This document shows, one piece after another, positions 1-13,226 of a stretch of 42,648 bases of DNA (its first letter is position 1; each line of letters begins with the position of its first letter). The position numbers and the translations under genes are program-made. The notes under the pieces were generated by a model. It worked only from the letters and a program-made list of their open reading frames with translations, ran no database searches and was not told where the DNA came from. Origin of the DNA: Phoronis australis (lineage: Eukaryota > Animalia > Phoronida); NCBI GenBank assembly GCA_002633005.1, contig NMRA01001090.1:6751-49398 (forward strand), in the 5' to 3' direction.

Positions 1-251
1 GCCCTCCTTTTTGTCACGTGGTGAACGCAAAATTCGACCCTGAAGAAAGCAACTTCTCGCAACACTTTGGCTTCCGTTTACTCAAATTTGAAAGTCAAAG
101 GATATACATCCACGCAGTACCACTACTTATCAACTATATTAAATGGTTTTTAAAATATACCTAGAATGACGACTTTTGGTGTACAAGAATACTGAAAATC
201 ATTTTCATACCCAGGACACAACCTTTTCGAGTTTAACTTCTTCATGCCTAC

Positions 252-2072
252 CTTCGTCCCATCTGTTGAATGGGCATGATCACCGTGGCTATGTCATCGT
301 TGCACTTCACGTCACAGTAATGTAAGGGATTGGAACCTGAAACTAAAGTTTGTTAATGTTACCAGAGCCTTGTCGAGACGACTCACACTACGTTACTCTC
401 TGCCCAGATACATAACAGACGTTCAACTCTGAGGTGAGTTCTGAGGCTATAAAAATACCCCCAGGTATTCCGAACAATCAGACTGATCAAGTTGCTCATC
501 ACGGAGGGTAAATTTTAGCCACCAAACCAGCATGACTATCAGAAGAACGTGTTTCTGTTACCACTTTTAATTCAAATAAAAGATATGAGTGCCACGATTT
601 TGCTTTGAGAAAATGATGAGCAATAAAAGCTTCAAGCCAATATGTAGCGGCTCTAAGTAATGCATTCGTAGACCTTATATCTGTGAATAGACCAAAATAG
701 GATTAGCATCTTCCAAAATTACCAAACTTACTGTAAAGGCCCACAAGTTTCTGGTCTCTAGGGAAACTGAGAACCTTATAATAGTCACGTGAAAACTCTA
801 TCCTCTTCACCGTTGATGTCGCATTAAACAGAGCAAAACTGCTCAAGGATGGTGCGTCAAAGTACTGGCCGGATATGGCGTCAAGCAGTTCGTCACAGGA
901 ACCTTGAAGGTAGACGTAAAGCATAGTATCAAGAATATAAAAATGTTGTCATGCAGGTAACATGTACGTAACATGTTGTTCCATAACCTCATTTTGGAAG
1001 CATCTCATAACATCAACATATGCATAAAGGTGAGGTGATGAGTCACAACGCAATAATAAAGACTTGTCACGTGACCAGACACTTGCCTTTCAAGAGCAAG
1101 TGCCTCATGGCAAATTCGGTCACATGTTACAAACATTCTAAAACGTTTGGAAGAGTCTTATGGTCATCTTAAGTGAGTTTGTTTACTAGTAGTGTGCAAA
1201 TTCATTAGCTAATAAAGAGAGAGATTCTAAAATTAATTAAAAAGCAGATTAAGAGCTCGGTGAAATGCACTGTGAACAGCAACAATCACGTTAAAGTGGT
1301 GTTGCCAGAGAGAACGTATGGCGAATTTGAATTTGTCTATACCTCAGTTCAATTCAACTGAAATTTTCTGGTTCCATCGAGGTCTCACCGAATGAGACTA
1401 ACGTCCAGATATAGTGTTACGCAGTCAGCTTGTCAGACAATCAACCCTTTAGCAACTGAGTATTGGCTACTAGTCGGGTAGCTACATGTATCTGTATGAA
1501 GGCTTAGCTATTTATACAGTTATGCATAAAAGGCTTTAGGATTCCTTTCCCAATAGCCTAGGTCATATACATTGTACATGTATAGATAGAAAGCTGACTA
1601 TTGTCACATGTGATTTGTAAGGCTGAATTGATATGGAGCATTTTTGGAGATTTTGAGAGACCTGCCAAGTCCGAAAAACCAGTGGAGTTGGTTTAAGGAA
1701 CTCAATCAGACCATATCAACTGTTATCTTACTTACCAGTGCACTTGACTGCTGATGCAAGGTATCAAAACAATGTTTGAATCGTGGTAGAAATGATTTTG
1801 AGTTACGAAATGTCGGAAACAGACGTTGCAGTTAAACAGAAACCGTAAGGCCTATTTCCAAAAGGTAAATAACTGATGCTCTGGTGTATCTTTGGCGACT
1901 CCCAATACTTCAAGTTGGTTTAATGACCATACAATCTGTTGCTTTTCAAACAGTTTAAAACGATCGATACTTGCGGATCAGAGAGACAATTGCACTAACT
2001 AGGTTCTATAAAGTCCTTACCTGCAAAAACTACGGCAACGTTCAGTAAAACAAGAAGTGTTTCCAATTCCAT
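252..2072 (-). CDS. 5' portion of an unknown secreted-protein gene (probably continues past the left edge)
   Basis: Exon 2072-2021 encodes signal-peptide-like MELETLLVLLNVAVVFA with donor G|gtaagg. Candidate 15-nt micro-exon 1750-1736 (AVKCT, donor gtaagt). Exon 902-732 (GSCDELLDAISGQYFDAPS...KLVGLY, donor gtaagt). All are phase 1. Downstream exon candidates (from 680, and ~337-252 with DDHSHGDHAH) are not firmly phased. No recognisable domain. Confidence 0.45.
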
Positions 2073-3055
2073 TGTCGACCATTTTTATAACACAAAATGG
2101 CTTCACTCACTAGAACATTCGTGCTGTCAATGGAGCGTGACGTCGTATCTCGTGCATGTGTTTCTTGAACAAAATGAGATGTTTACGTTTACCAAACCTT
2201 GCAACAGGAAGCACGGACTCGATATTGGGAAGATGGTATTAAGAGGTGGTAATATCTAATTTATGAAAGTAGCACATTTGTTTGCGTTTTTAGAACGTTG
2301 TTAAAACCTGAAATTTATGTCAATTTTTGAAGTGGACACCAGCTTTGTCGAACGATGCTGGAATTATACATTTTCAGGGTCTAGATTTAACACTTGACGT
2401 TTATTCCTTAGTTTCTCGTGCCGGTGTATGTGATTAGTATTGTGTCGGCAAAGTGGATATGATTTTTATCGTTTACACCCGAAAAGACAACGCCAAAGCA
2501 CGGCACTTGTAATGCGACCATTACGCGATAACATTTAACAATGTTCAATGCTCCTTAAACTCTCACTGCATGTGTGAAAATTCCAACAAAACTCTCTGTA
2601 ATGTTGTTTTGAAAAATGATTCCTCATTCCCATCATAACTCCGTCCTTACCATTTTGGGACACATACTTCCCATCTTAAGGTCCATCTTTTCCATTTCTC
2701 GTGACCAAGACCAACTATATCAAGTATTTTCATAGGAGGCAAGTTTACAGAATATTAAAACGCTATAACTCTCGAACAACAGAAAATTCACGCCCTCTAC
2801 CTAAGGCCCGGTTCACGTTAAAGCTTGCGTTGTTGTTGGCGCCTTGTCGGTACGTTCTTGGGTGTAGCGTACACTGTTCCGGTTTAGCCTATTTACGTAC
2901 ATTAAAGCCTAACTTCAACGGAAATTTGTTAATTTAGATGTATTGGGCTAACCAGGTACTTCTAGCAAAGCCTTAGAAAAATAAGAAAGCACGAGTTTAA
3001 TCACGCAAATGTAAGCCCGTCAAGTGTTGGTTGTAGTTGCCTTTTCGCGCCCTAT

Positions 3056-3191
3056 TACGTCACCGCGAGATCCTGCACAAACAACAAAAAATCGATAACA
3101 GTGTTACTGATAGGGGTCTGAATATAACACCATTGCGTGCGGTAGTTATTCGCAACTGTTTGAATTAAAAGGTGATTCTCGCGGTGACGTA
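3056..3191. repeat. Short inverted repeat / MITE-like palindrome
   Basis: tacgtcaccgcgaga (3056-3070) is the reverse complement of tctcgcggtgacgta (3177-3191). Confidence 0.55.
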
Positions 3192-4916
3192 GACAAAAGC
3201 ATACCAATACGCCTAACAGTTCGTTACATTGACAATTTCTGGCACTAGTGGGCTCAGAGCAATGCTCTTAATATTCTGTAGGATCCAAATTTACAAGTGT
3301 TGCCGTTCAAGATAGGCTTCAGGGAGATAACCCAGAATTCGGGTGATCTGTTTCATTGTCAAGTCTTTTTAGAACTGCATTTCCCAGTGCTAATTAAATT
3401 TTGAGTATACGAAGAACATAGGGTGCAGTCACTATACATGTACATGTTATGCAATTGTTATTTGACAGTGGACTGCAATGAAACTTTGACTGTAAGTTAC
3501 ACAATGCCTAAAAAACTACAGCGCTGAGGCAGCTAGGGTACTCAGGACTGCAGGTAAAAAACTATTGTCAGCGGTTAAACAAAGGGTTTTGGTTAGCAGA
3601 GATACCCGCAGGGTACATAGCTTGTCTCACGAATGACATTTCAAACTCGGAGTACCAAATGAGAAACCTTTTGAATTTGAGTTAATTAAACGCCTACGAT
3701 GGGCAATTTAGAAGCAATTACATCATTTTCAATTCGACAGGTAAGCATTAGATTGCATAAGTTATTTTTAAACTGGAAAATATGAAAATTGTAAAACCTG
3801 TTTTTGTATGGGAATGTCCATGAATAGTAATTATCTAAATGAAATTTAGGATTAATTATGTCAAGAAAGGGGCATCGTTACGTAGACGCGGAACATCGCG
3901 GTAACGTAAGATCACGCAAGTAAAGTCGAATGTTTCTTGAGTATGATCGAAACCTTGCTAACCTAGACAATGGCAGCCAATGAAATGATTAGGTAGTCAG
4001 GTGTTGAATAATGGGATAGAATTTATGAATTTTACGATAAAATTCAATTTCTCCATTCTATGAGTTCATGTCTTGGGTCTAAAGGAAAAAACTCCGGCCT
4101 AGTACTGAACTCTCCAACTGGTACATTGTCGGGTCCAGGGCCGTGAATTTGTTCAGCAGCTAGAAACACAGTTAGGGGCCGTCGCAATTTTTGCGAAAAT
4201 TTTTCCGTCCTCGAATACCCAATTGGCCTTTTATGGAAAGCAAAATCGATGCATACGCATCACAGAGCATGGACTTGTGGGATACAAATCCTCTGATTAA
4301 TCTGCAGATCAGAATGAGTCACCAGATGAGCTGGTTTAAGGCGGATGCTATCAGTTCATTAACTCGTTTCTGTGACATCCTGGCTCTTGCTTGTACGTGA
4401 CGAGTCTAACTATTATTCTAAAGGTCAATAGGGGGAGTACCTTCTGACACAGCTCCACCTACATGTATACTAAAAAGTGGCCCTGTGGAAACATGATGAA
4501 CGACACACGGAATTCCTTGTGTGAGCATCAATACGCATGCTTGGTCGGAAGTTTACCGATCATTTCGTAACCACTTGCGAACTCCTTCTATGCACTGTAC
4601 TTGTTTGGGCTTAAACCACTGGATCGGGGTTTCCTTGATTTGTTTACTTCCATCATTGCCCGTTTTAGTAAATTGCAACTATTCAAGTCAAAGGTCGTCG
4701 CCATACTACATAACAGTAACCTGAAAGGGGTTTCTCAGATTTCAACCAATGGTAATGACTGAATGTTATGACTTTGGTTTCATTACTTTAACCAATGACA
4801 AGCCATGTTAAAAACTTTCGTAACATTGCGAAAGAGTTCATAGGAAGATCCATGCACTTCTGCGGCGTCCAACAACGTCCAAAAGCCTCAAGATGACGCT
4901 AATCGGTTTAGCCATT

Positions 4917-5886
4917 CACAGGCGGATTAAGGGGGGGCCTAGGGCCCCCCCCCCCCCTTGGCTGCCGCAAAAAAATAAAACCGTGAGCAAGGGAAATGTT
5001 GAGTTTATTAATTAACCCCGGTAATTAAAATCATACGGATGAAACAAGATTTAAATATGTGCAGTTTTAGTGCTTTGGGGGGGCTCAGATCCAATTTCAA
5101 GTGTCAAATTCGGAAAACGGCGCATTCGTAACGGAACTATGGCTAAATATAGGCTCTCCCGCGATATCCCAGGCGACCGGCAGTGGCGCTGCGCACTAAG
5201 ACCCCGTTTCCGTCGTCTGCTCCACTGTGCTATGAAGAAAATTTACTTCATTTTTAAAGAAAATGGAACCTGAGTGACGATGAAAAAACAGAAGCTGTTG
5301 GTAAGGTGTAAATTATAATCGAAGCCTTAGTGAATCACTCAGAAACTCGCAATACTCTCTTTGTCAAACCTTAACATACGACCATTTCCAAAGCAATCCC
5401 GTCATTATTGCCAACACGAAAAACGGATTTGGTTTTTTGGGCATTTGAAGACTATTTTAAATACAACAAATTTGTTAAGAGCCGATTGCACAAATTATAA
5501 AACATGTAACAAGCATTACAAAAAGAAGTAGGTTTCGCGTTCAAACGCTGTGGACCGTAAACAATTAGGTCTCTTAGTAAAAGATTAGTAGTTAAATCGT
5601 TGTGGCGTAGTGGTAAAGCACGCCCGCGCTATCCGCCAGGTCGTGAGTTCGAGACTTCAGTTTTTCCTGTTTGACACGTTCTCGTTTTTTTCCTTTTTTT
5701 CTTGGATAATACTTCAGGAATCAAGGAAAATGCTTGATTTTTAGAGAAAAAAAACAGAAAAATTTCCTTGGCTGGAGGGGGGTTTGCCATTCGGTGCTAT
5801 ACGCATCTACAATCGTGGTTAGCGCGAATGCTTACAGCCGGACAAAATGTTGCCCCCCCCCTTGTGATATTCTAGATCCGCCACTT
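4917..5886. mobile_element. Non-autonomous DNA transposon (TIR like CAGTGGCGGAT, hAT-like) inserted in the middle of a palindromic element
   Basis: Left end cacaggcggattaagggggg; right end ccccccc...tagatccgccact. Same terminus family as the 23423 MITE. The flanks 4876-4912 and 5889-5925 are inverted repeats of each other. Confidence 0.55.
5597..5665 (+). ncRNA. tRNA-derived (SINE-like/pseudo-tRNA) sequence with Pol III A and B boxes
   Basis: A box tggcgtagtgg (5603-5613), B box gagttcgagac (5645-5655), then a T-run. The acceptor stem does not close, so this is not a functional tRNA. Confidence 0.5.
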
Positions 5887-6903
5887 TTGCTAAACCGATC
5901 AGCGCTATCTTGAGGCTTGTGGACGAGGCTGCGTGATGTCGAGCGGAATTACAGAGAAAAGGTGTCAGGTAATTTTGATTGATAATTTGTGCATAATCGT
6001 CTACTGTACGCATTTGCGCGCCGTACACGTTATATGTTCTTGGCATAGACCACACGCGAATGAATCTTGTTTGAAAATTACCTAGAGACATCTGGCTCCA
6101 CACAAAGCCTACATTATACGTGTGTCTTGGTTCCGCAAGCAGCCAATGGTATTATCAAAGTCACGTCCAACGCAGTCTCTCGTTGGCTCCATTGCATTAC
6201 GTAGCAGGATGAAAAAATCCGCAATGTCGTTTTCGTGTGTAAAATGAAATAAAATAAAAGGAAAGGCGATTGCAAACGAAGAATTGACGGAATTGAAAGG
6301 CCCACTGTCGTGGTCATGAGAGAAGTGTTTCTAACATATGCAATACCTGTGGAAAGGCGTGTGTTAAGATGGTCTCGGCAATTGGTTGGCCCCGCGTTCT
6401 ACACGCCACAGGCAATACCAATTAATATTGATTAATATTGTCTGTGCATTCGTTCTATTGAGATTGTCGTGATTCGCCACCTGCCACTCTTACTTGGACC
6501 TCAATACACAACCTGTGTCTAAAACCGCTGCATAATTCAATGCAATTACGTGGTCAGCCGTCATTGCGGTAAACAGTAATGTTGAATTTTCCTTTTTTTC
6601 TTTTTTCTCGTAAGCCGTTTACATACGGTCCTCCAACATGTACGCTCGCGCGTAGTCGCGTCACTGTTAGTAACTGCACGTGCTGCCAGTTCAACGAATC
6701 CTTTCTTTGGCGCGACATAATTGTAAGCAGCATAAGACAAAGTACTGTTACAAACATTTTAATTCGAAATGTTGCTTTGGGCAATAATTAACATTTCATT
6801 CTTGCAAGGGAACCAGGATTTTGCTATATTTCACAAAACGTTTTAGGAATGTTCAGACTTGATTCGACTTAGCTGCTTCAGAGGTACTTGTAGAATAGAC
6901 AGG

Positions 6904-7388
6904 CTATTGTCCTTTAAAAAGTCCCTCTTTAACCATAGAGCGAATGGTTTTTCCCGCATTCTTAAACCTGCCATGTTTGCTCTGTGCAGATCGGTGTTTT
7001 GATGCTCTGGATAACTTAAACGACTGACTTAAAGATCGGCTCGGTCTCGCTGAGGTGTTCAGAGCAGTTTCTTCTGCGTCGTTTTCCTCTTCAGCATTGT
7101 CGCTCTTCAACTCTTCTTCTTCTGGTTCGTCAACATCTTCATCATTGCCCTCACCTTCAGCCTGTGTACTCATCTCAGTGGCGTCCTCGTGTATCAGGAG
7201 GGGTTCGTTTTCCTCCGCTTCAGCTCCACCTTCCGGCTCACCAGTGTCATCGACATTACCGTCTTCACCAAAATCATTTTCACTGTATAATCTCTGAATT
7301 TCTTGGATATCAGCTACGCTTATCTTTGATCGATTTGGGATGACCGTTTGCGATCTGATTCTTTCCAGAGACGTCATACTAAGCATAT
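6904..7388 (-). CDS. Gene A last exon: acidic-then-basic cytoplasmic tail
   Basis: Acceptor tttacag in phase 1; ORF 6904-7386; D/E-rich block containing EENEPLL, followed by a K/R-rich C-terminus. Confidence 0.8.
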
Positions 7389-10300
7389 CTGTAAATCATC
7401 AAGTATTATTATGACGTTACAACTCCTGATTGGAAATGTGGGCCAGTTGTTCTGGAACAATCTCCATCGTGCAGTAATTTAAAAATCAACTGAACAAGAA
7501 GAAATGCACCAAAGTTTTGACGCACAAAAACGAGGTTTAAAATATCCGTTTATACGTCTTTTAATTACGACAAAAGTTTGACTTAGTGTCAAATAATTGT
7601 GACTTGTTGTAATTCAAGTTTGCAGAGTCTATCTGAGTTTTGTCGAAGTCTGCTTGGCATAAATCAAAAAGTAGTGTATCCTGTGATAAATTCTGGAATG
7701 AAGGGAATTGGTGTCAAATTGCGCCAGCCATACCAATTTGACAAGCTGACACCTGAGCCGTAACAAATTATACCTAGAAGATCTTGCGCCCAATGTTATT
7801 CTAAGTTAACACAGGAACTTAGCAACAAGTCTCTATATTTAGTCAAACATCTACGAAACTATAAAATTGAACATAATAAAGGGTGTTACGTGACCACATG
7901 CTTTGATATTGAATTTTTCCAACCGTCATAGAACCACTGCTTCGTACATCCTAGACGCGTTTCTGCATTAACTGGTTTCATAAACAAATGTGACAATTTC
8001 AGGTCTCATTTTCAGGAAGAAAGCGGTTCCATGACCTCGCCTCTCAAGTTCCACGTAGGGCCTTCTGAATCCCACCTGACAACAAATATGCGATGCACAT
8101 CCCCAGACCAGGCTGCCGCAGATGCTAAGAATAGTGACCATACTCCAATCCAGGGGACCTAACTCCAGTGTCGGGGACCCAACTCCACCCCCAGGGATCA
8201 AACTCCAGTTCTGGTGACTGGAATTGTTTCCAACATTTGATTTTGTGGAGTTAAATGCAGAGAGACTAGTTAATTAAGATAGTGTATTTTTAATTTATCA
8301 GCCAGTCTGTATGTTTTCTTAGACGTCTGCAAAGCTATAAGATAGAAACTAGTATCTGCCAAGTTTTACCAAAATTTAGCGAAAACTAAATGTACATTTA
8401 TTGCAAGGAAGTTTTTGTGATAGAAATATTCAAAATGAATTTTCGAAAACGCTGTTACTTTTTTGTTTTAAGCAGTAGTTTTAATAATAAGGACAGTACA
8501 TTGCCAAAGTGAAATTTTCAACCATCACTGTGGAGAGGAGATCATGAATCATGTGTGAAATTTTTATTTAAATCCAATCCCCTCGCCTAGATGTAATGTC
8601 TCTAACTTAGTCAAATTTTGGGTATTTTCTAGGATTACGTCAGTGATTTAACTTTAAGTTAAGTATGCTCACCTTCTTCAGCAGTTGGCATGTTCGTAAA
8701 TATACTGAAATAGACAAAGACGTGCCGTATACCATGAATTATAATAACATGCCCATCATACACTGTACTTGTACGTTCACCGAGTATCAGTGGTACGTCG
8801 GAGAAGAAGCAATAGTGCCCACTGGTGCTATTTAGTTTTCCACATGTGAACATATGCAAAGATCTCGCAGTGTATAGTTTTACAGAACTGCCTTTCTTAG
8901 TCTAAAGTCTTGTAAACTGTACCTCTTTCGTTTTAGTTGCGGTACAGCCCACACCACCCAGCCGATGATCAACAGTATACCAAAGGATATCGCAAGAGCA
9001 ACGGCAGTTTCAACGGTCACTGTCATTGGTTTCGTAGTAGCTGGTGGGAGGTTTTCTTGGAAAAATAATTTTACCAGTCAAAACAAACGCTGACAAACTT
9101 TGAAATGGAGCACAAACAGAATTAGAGTTTTTTTTTTCGAAATTCGACATCATGTGCAGTTGGTGCACGTCTCAGTCGATATTTTTTTCAAATATCTCAG
9201 ACAAGAATGCTTCAGATGCCCAAATCTCTCTTCAGACTTTTGCACAAAACATTTAGAAATCTGAAAACGCACTGGTCGTGGAAAACATTCATCTAAAGAC
9301 AAAACTTGCGACGTTGGTGTACAGAAAAATGTCTTCGCTGATACGACCTCATCGTCGCGTTCTGTTTTATAAACGTCATTACTGATACGGATCGTTCATT
9401 GGTTCATGTATTGACCTTTCATCTCACAATGCTTTCCTTCAAATCCACGTTGGCATATGCAAGCATAACCTTCCTCAGTGTTGACACATGTTGCACTGTT
9501 TCGACAAGGCTTGGAGTCGCACGAAATTCCCACTGTAACAAAACCGAGCACGTGAATAGTCCCTCCAGCGTCGTACAGAGGGAGGTCAGTACTATTGTGA
9601 ACTGATCGCAGCGTTTGGTCTTATACACTAAATCACCGCTAATAACTTAATGTTCTGAGCCAACAAACAGCTAAATATTGTATAGTGTCTCATAATTAAA
9701 AGATTGGTTAAACATGGATATTAGCTGTTGTTCGTTTTTTTCCGCATCAGGAATCAAAAATCAAAAGAATTACCTCGAGATGTTCGACAGACTAGTCAAT
9801 AGTATAAGCTGGCCATTAATGACTGATTCGTACAACCAGGCTTATTGCAAACGAGTTCAGCGAGACCATTTTGTAGTAAGATATCGTCAGGCGTGTCTTT
9901 CGTTACGCAACGGTCCCTGTGTGACTCAAAAGTAGGAATGACGGTTTTCGCACGGTGTGCTTTACATGGAGCATGCGTTTCATCCGGAATATCAGGAACC
10001 ACGGGCAAAACCCGACCACAAGAGACCGTGGCTGAGTAGTGTGGCATGGGCGATGCAACACTGAAAAAGTGGGGGGCTAAAGCCATCCAGCCCTCCTTTG
10101 ATGCACCACCCATAGACCATGGGCGGTCCCGCACTGAAAAAGTGGAGTGACTATAGACCCTCCAGCCCCCTTTGGTGCGCAGCCCATGTGTGGAACTACT
10201 CAACGTATATGTCATGGTTACCTGCAATAATTTACCTTAAAGTATAATGAACTCTTACCGATTTCACAAAAGTTTCCTTGGACTCCGTACGGGCAAATGC

Positions 10301-12828
10301 ATTCAAAATGCGTTCCTTTGTCCATGCATGTCCCGTTGTTTTGACATTGTGATTTGACACATGGCTTGGTCTCAGCTGAAACATAATAAGAACAGGAGTA
10401 TGGACGTCGGTACATGTATGTGTGTGCGTAGTTGAATGCCTCGCAGTCGAGCACATCACCGACGTGCGGGTACACGACAGATCGCATGGAGAATGTGTTT
10501 GAACCTGTCCATTTTTGTTGTTTTGTCTTGTCTTGCCACGTCCATCACTTTTGACGCCTATTTATCAAAATTAACAGACTGAATGAGCCAACTCTTCATC
10601 AAATACTCTTAAAAAGACAAAATTTTAGACTGTCAAAGGATAGAAAGTACAGTGGTTAGACAACCTTTAGGCCAATCGTGATGCGACTTCCAGCTAATAT
10701 TTACATCGGCATACCTGGAATATTTTGGTGAACACAAACCAAATTAAATAACGGAAGTGCTGAACGACTTGAACATGAATTTGAAGTTCTTCTTCTCCAA
10801 GAGTGATATACAGAAAATTGAAGTCGAGAACAGGAAAATGTCAAGAGAGAAATGCAGACCAATATTAACTAATGACCATAGAGCTGCGCAAGTAAATAAG
10901 TACATGGTTTTGGGTAGATGCCTGAAGCACCAAGTACAAGTGTATTTAATATAGGTACCAAACTCGGTTTTGGCCTATTAAATATACTAAAAGCAACTCT
11001 CCTGTACAGTTATTTTAAACAAAATAATTTTCTCTAACTTTCGACAACTCTGAAAATTTTGGATGAAAATTTAAAAACTCCTTTCAAAGTCTGGCGTGAC
11101 CTACGCTAATAGAGAATTACATAACAAGGCAGCTGTGGGGAACGACTACCCACCAAGGACCATGATGTCCAATATGTGAAATGTGTGATACACTGTATGA
11201 GTTTATACTTGATTCCTGTTTTGTCTTTCAAAATTGATGTCAATGATGTATTATTAGGTAACAGAACGAAGGTTGGTTGAAATCATCAAAACAGGATTTA
11301 GTATCCGCTCAAGTAAGTAATCGCTGGAATAAATATTACCGTAAATAAGTAAGGAAGTAATTGACTTGGTAAGTATTCGAGTGGTGAAGGAATTATTTTA
11401 ATCAAAAGACGGCGGTGTTCCACTGGAGTTGTGTTGGTATGGATGCTTACGTATGCACAACATGCCGTCTCCATGGTAGCCGCTGTCGCAAAGACACTCG
11501 TACGACCCGTCTGTGTTCATACATAGGGCCTTCTCGTGACAAGGTGAGCACGTGCACTCATCGACGTCATTTTCACATTGGTTTCCCGTGTACCCCGGCT
11601 TGCAAATGCATTCCATGGCACTGTGGAAACACGTCCCATTATTTTGACAAATTCCATTTCTGCAGTCTGAAAATTGGACAAAATGCGGTACCTGGGGAAA
11701 ATATTCACGTTAAAGTTAAAATTACGTTTTACGTAGAATGTATACCATGGTGATTTACGAAATAAAACATCAATCAGTATTCGGTATTTTTCGCCTACCC
11801 GCACTCGTATTCTGTTGGTTGTGTGCTAGCTGCCTGATAGGGTAATTCGAAAATACGAGGAACAAGAAACACATAATTGTATGTAGCACATTGTTTACCT
11901 GCATGTTGGATGGTTTCATTCTGAACGTCAAAGCTTGGTGTAGACTTCATAGAGAAAACGCCTGTAACGTAAAGGCCATCATTACCTGAATTTTCTACAG
12001 ACAGGTCCATCTTTAGATGAACCCAGTGGGCGTATATAAGGAAATGTTTCCGTAGATTCTCCCAAGGCGTCTGTTTTGAAAAGGATGTATGAATCTTGGA
12101 GCTGTCCCGTAATGGAAACCAAAGCCACAGTTAAAGCTAAAGGATGAACTCCTAACTGAGGGTATGAGCGTATGTCGATCATGTTGGGTATTGGCGTACT
12201 TGGCGTTTCAATTTGCGTGCCAGCATAGACTATAGTACATGGACTGCCAACTCTGTATATTTTCAATGAACGAAATCTATTACTACCTTAGGCTTAAGAC
12301 GTGATGTCACTATTCATTAACGACACCTGGCGGACATAGCACTCTTTACTTCCGACAGTTACGTCGTGTACTATACTGGACAGTAAAATACATGCAAGAA
12401 CTGCCTCCTCTAGGATATTTCGCAAGACAATGTGGAGTTGCAAGTCTGTTGTCTGAATTACATGGTGCCAGCTACGGTATTAATACACTCGATTTGGATG
12501 AACGTGGTTTTTAATTCCCAAAATGATTTTTTATATAAGCCCCGAAATTGCTTGCAAAAACTCCTTTATCTGTCTTAAGAATTTTAACTTACAGGTAATA
12601 CAGGCATATAAGCAGGTGTAAGGCGATCCGAACTTACGAATATTAAGTCCGTTATAAAAGGATTCAATTTTAAAAAGTTGAAACGACCATTTGTTTGTAA
12701 CACTAAGCGTGCCAGTGTCGGACATAAATCTGTGATACTGTTTATTATCAGTGATTTCAAGGATATTTTGCACCCTTACCGCATGCAGTTTGTAGACCAA
12801 ACCAGTAGAATAGATATCGTCTGCTCAT
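6904..12828 (-). CDS. Gene A: Ig-less EGFx4 single-pass membrane protein (~444 aa model)
   Basis: Exons 12828-12780, 12136-11986, 11833-11799 (signal peptide MSRRYLFYWFGLQTACALTVALVSITG plus linker; less certain), 11666-11451 (EGF + cbEGF), 10375-10259 (EGF), 9532-9416 (EGF), 9055-8923 (TM), 8704-8673 (micro-exon), 7388-6904 (tail). All introns are GT-AG with compatible phases. Confidence 0.75.
8673..8704 (-). CDS. Gene A 32-nt juxtamembrane micro-exon
   Basis: tatttcag|...gaag|gtgagc. Bridges phase 2 (TM exon) to phase 1 (last exon); encodes SIFTNMPTAEE. Confidence 0.75.
8923..9055 (-). CDS. Gene A transmembrane exon
   Basis: ENLPPATTKPMTVTVETAVALAISFGILLIIGWVVWAVPQLKRK: hydrophobic span followed by a basic stop-transfer; donor gtacag. 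Confidence 0.8.
9416..9532 (-). CDS. Gene A EGF4 exon (117 nt)
   Basis: GISCDSKPCRNSATCVNTEEGYACICQRGFEGKHCEMK; six-Cys EGF spacing; phase 1-1. Confidence 0.9.
10045..10188. mobile_element. Dimeric MITE (catgggc...gcccatg termini) with 5-bp TSD TGTGG
   Basis: Two ~72-bp units in tandem; tgtgg is duplicated on both flanks; sister copy at 39384-39535. Confidence 0.75.
10259..10375 (-). CDS. Gene A EGF3 exon (117 nt)
   Basis: ETKPCVKSQCQNNGTCMDKGTHFECICPYGVQGNFCEI; ttcag acceptor, gtaaga donor. Confidence 0.9.
11451..11666 (-). CDS. Gene A EGF1 + calcium-binding EGF2 exon (216 nt)
   Basis: DCRNGICQNNGTC...CENDVDECTCSPCHEKALCMNTDGSYECLCDSGYHGDGMLC; same length as the paralogous gene C exon 26727-26942. 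Confidence 0.9.
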
Positions 12829-13226
12829 ATCTTCAATAGTATTGCAATGCGCGGGCTACCTTATGCTCATGTCATGTCTCGAGATAGATAACGTGCCACG
12901 AGAACGGCATTCCGTGATCTTGAGAACATGACTGCTTTGCTGAATGCAATTGCAGCGCGTGTCATGGAACACATGTTTAGGTTTTGTTATGCCTTCTTTG
13001 TCATAATTATTTCAAAACCTTTTGGCGCCAAACGTCCGACACAAAATTTGCATACAACTTTTGGTAAAGTAACAGATTTGCGGTAGAAAGCGAAGCTTGA
13101 AAGCTGTATCCCAAACACCGGAGCCTGGAACTATCGTCGCAAGCGCATGTTTGTCACTAAACGCTACTACTGTTGTCACGTAAAACACAGTCAAGAGTTT
13201 CCTGAGACGTAAATTACTCTCATAAT
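12829..13226. promoter_or_regulatory. Putative bidirectional promoter between genes A and B
   Basis: The inferred start codons at 12828 (minus) and 13227 (plus) diverge 398 bp apart. Inferred from geometry only. Confidence 0.35.

Noticed and set aside
5597-5665. Functional tRNA gene
   Set aside because: It has A and B boxes but no closing acceptor stem or proper anticodon arm, and it lies inside a transposon.
9774-9791. Possible 18-nt phase-1 micro-exon in gene A (VCRTSR)
   Set aside because: The splice signals are modest, it would add an unpaired Cys, and I found no counterpart in gene C.
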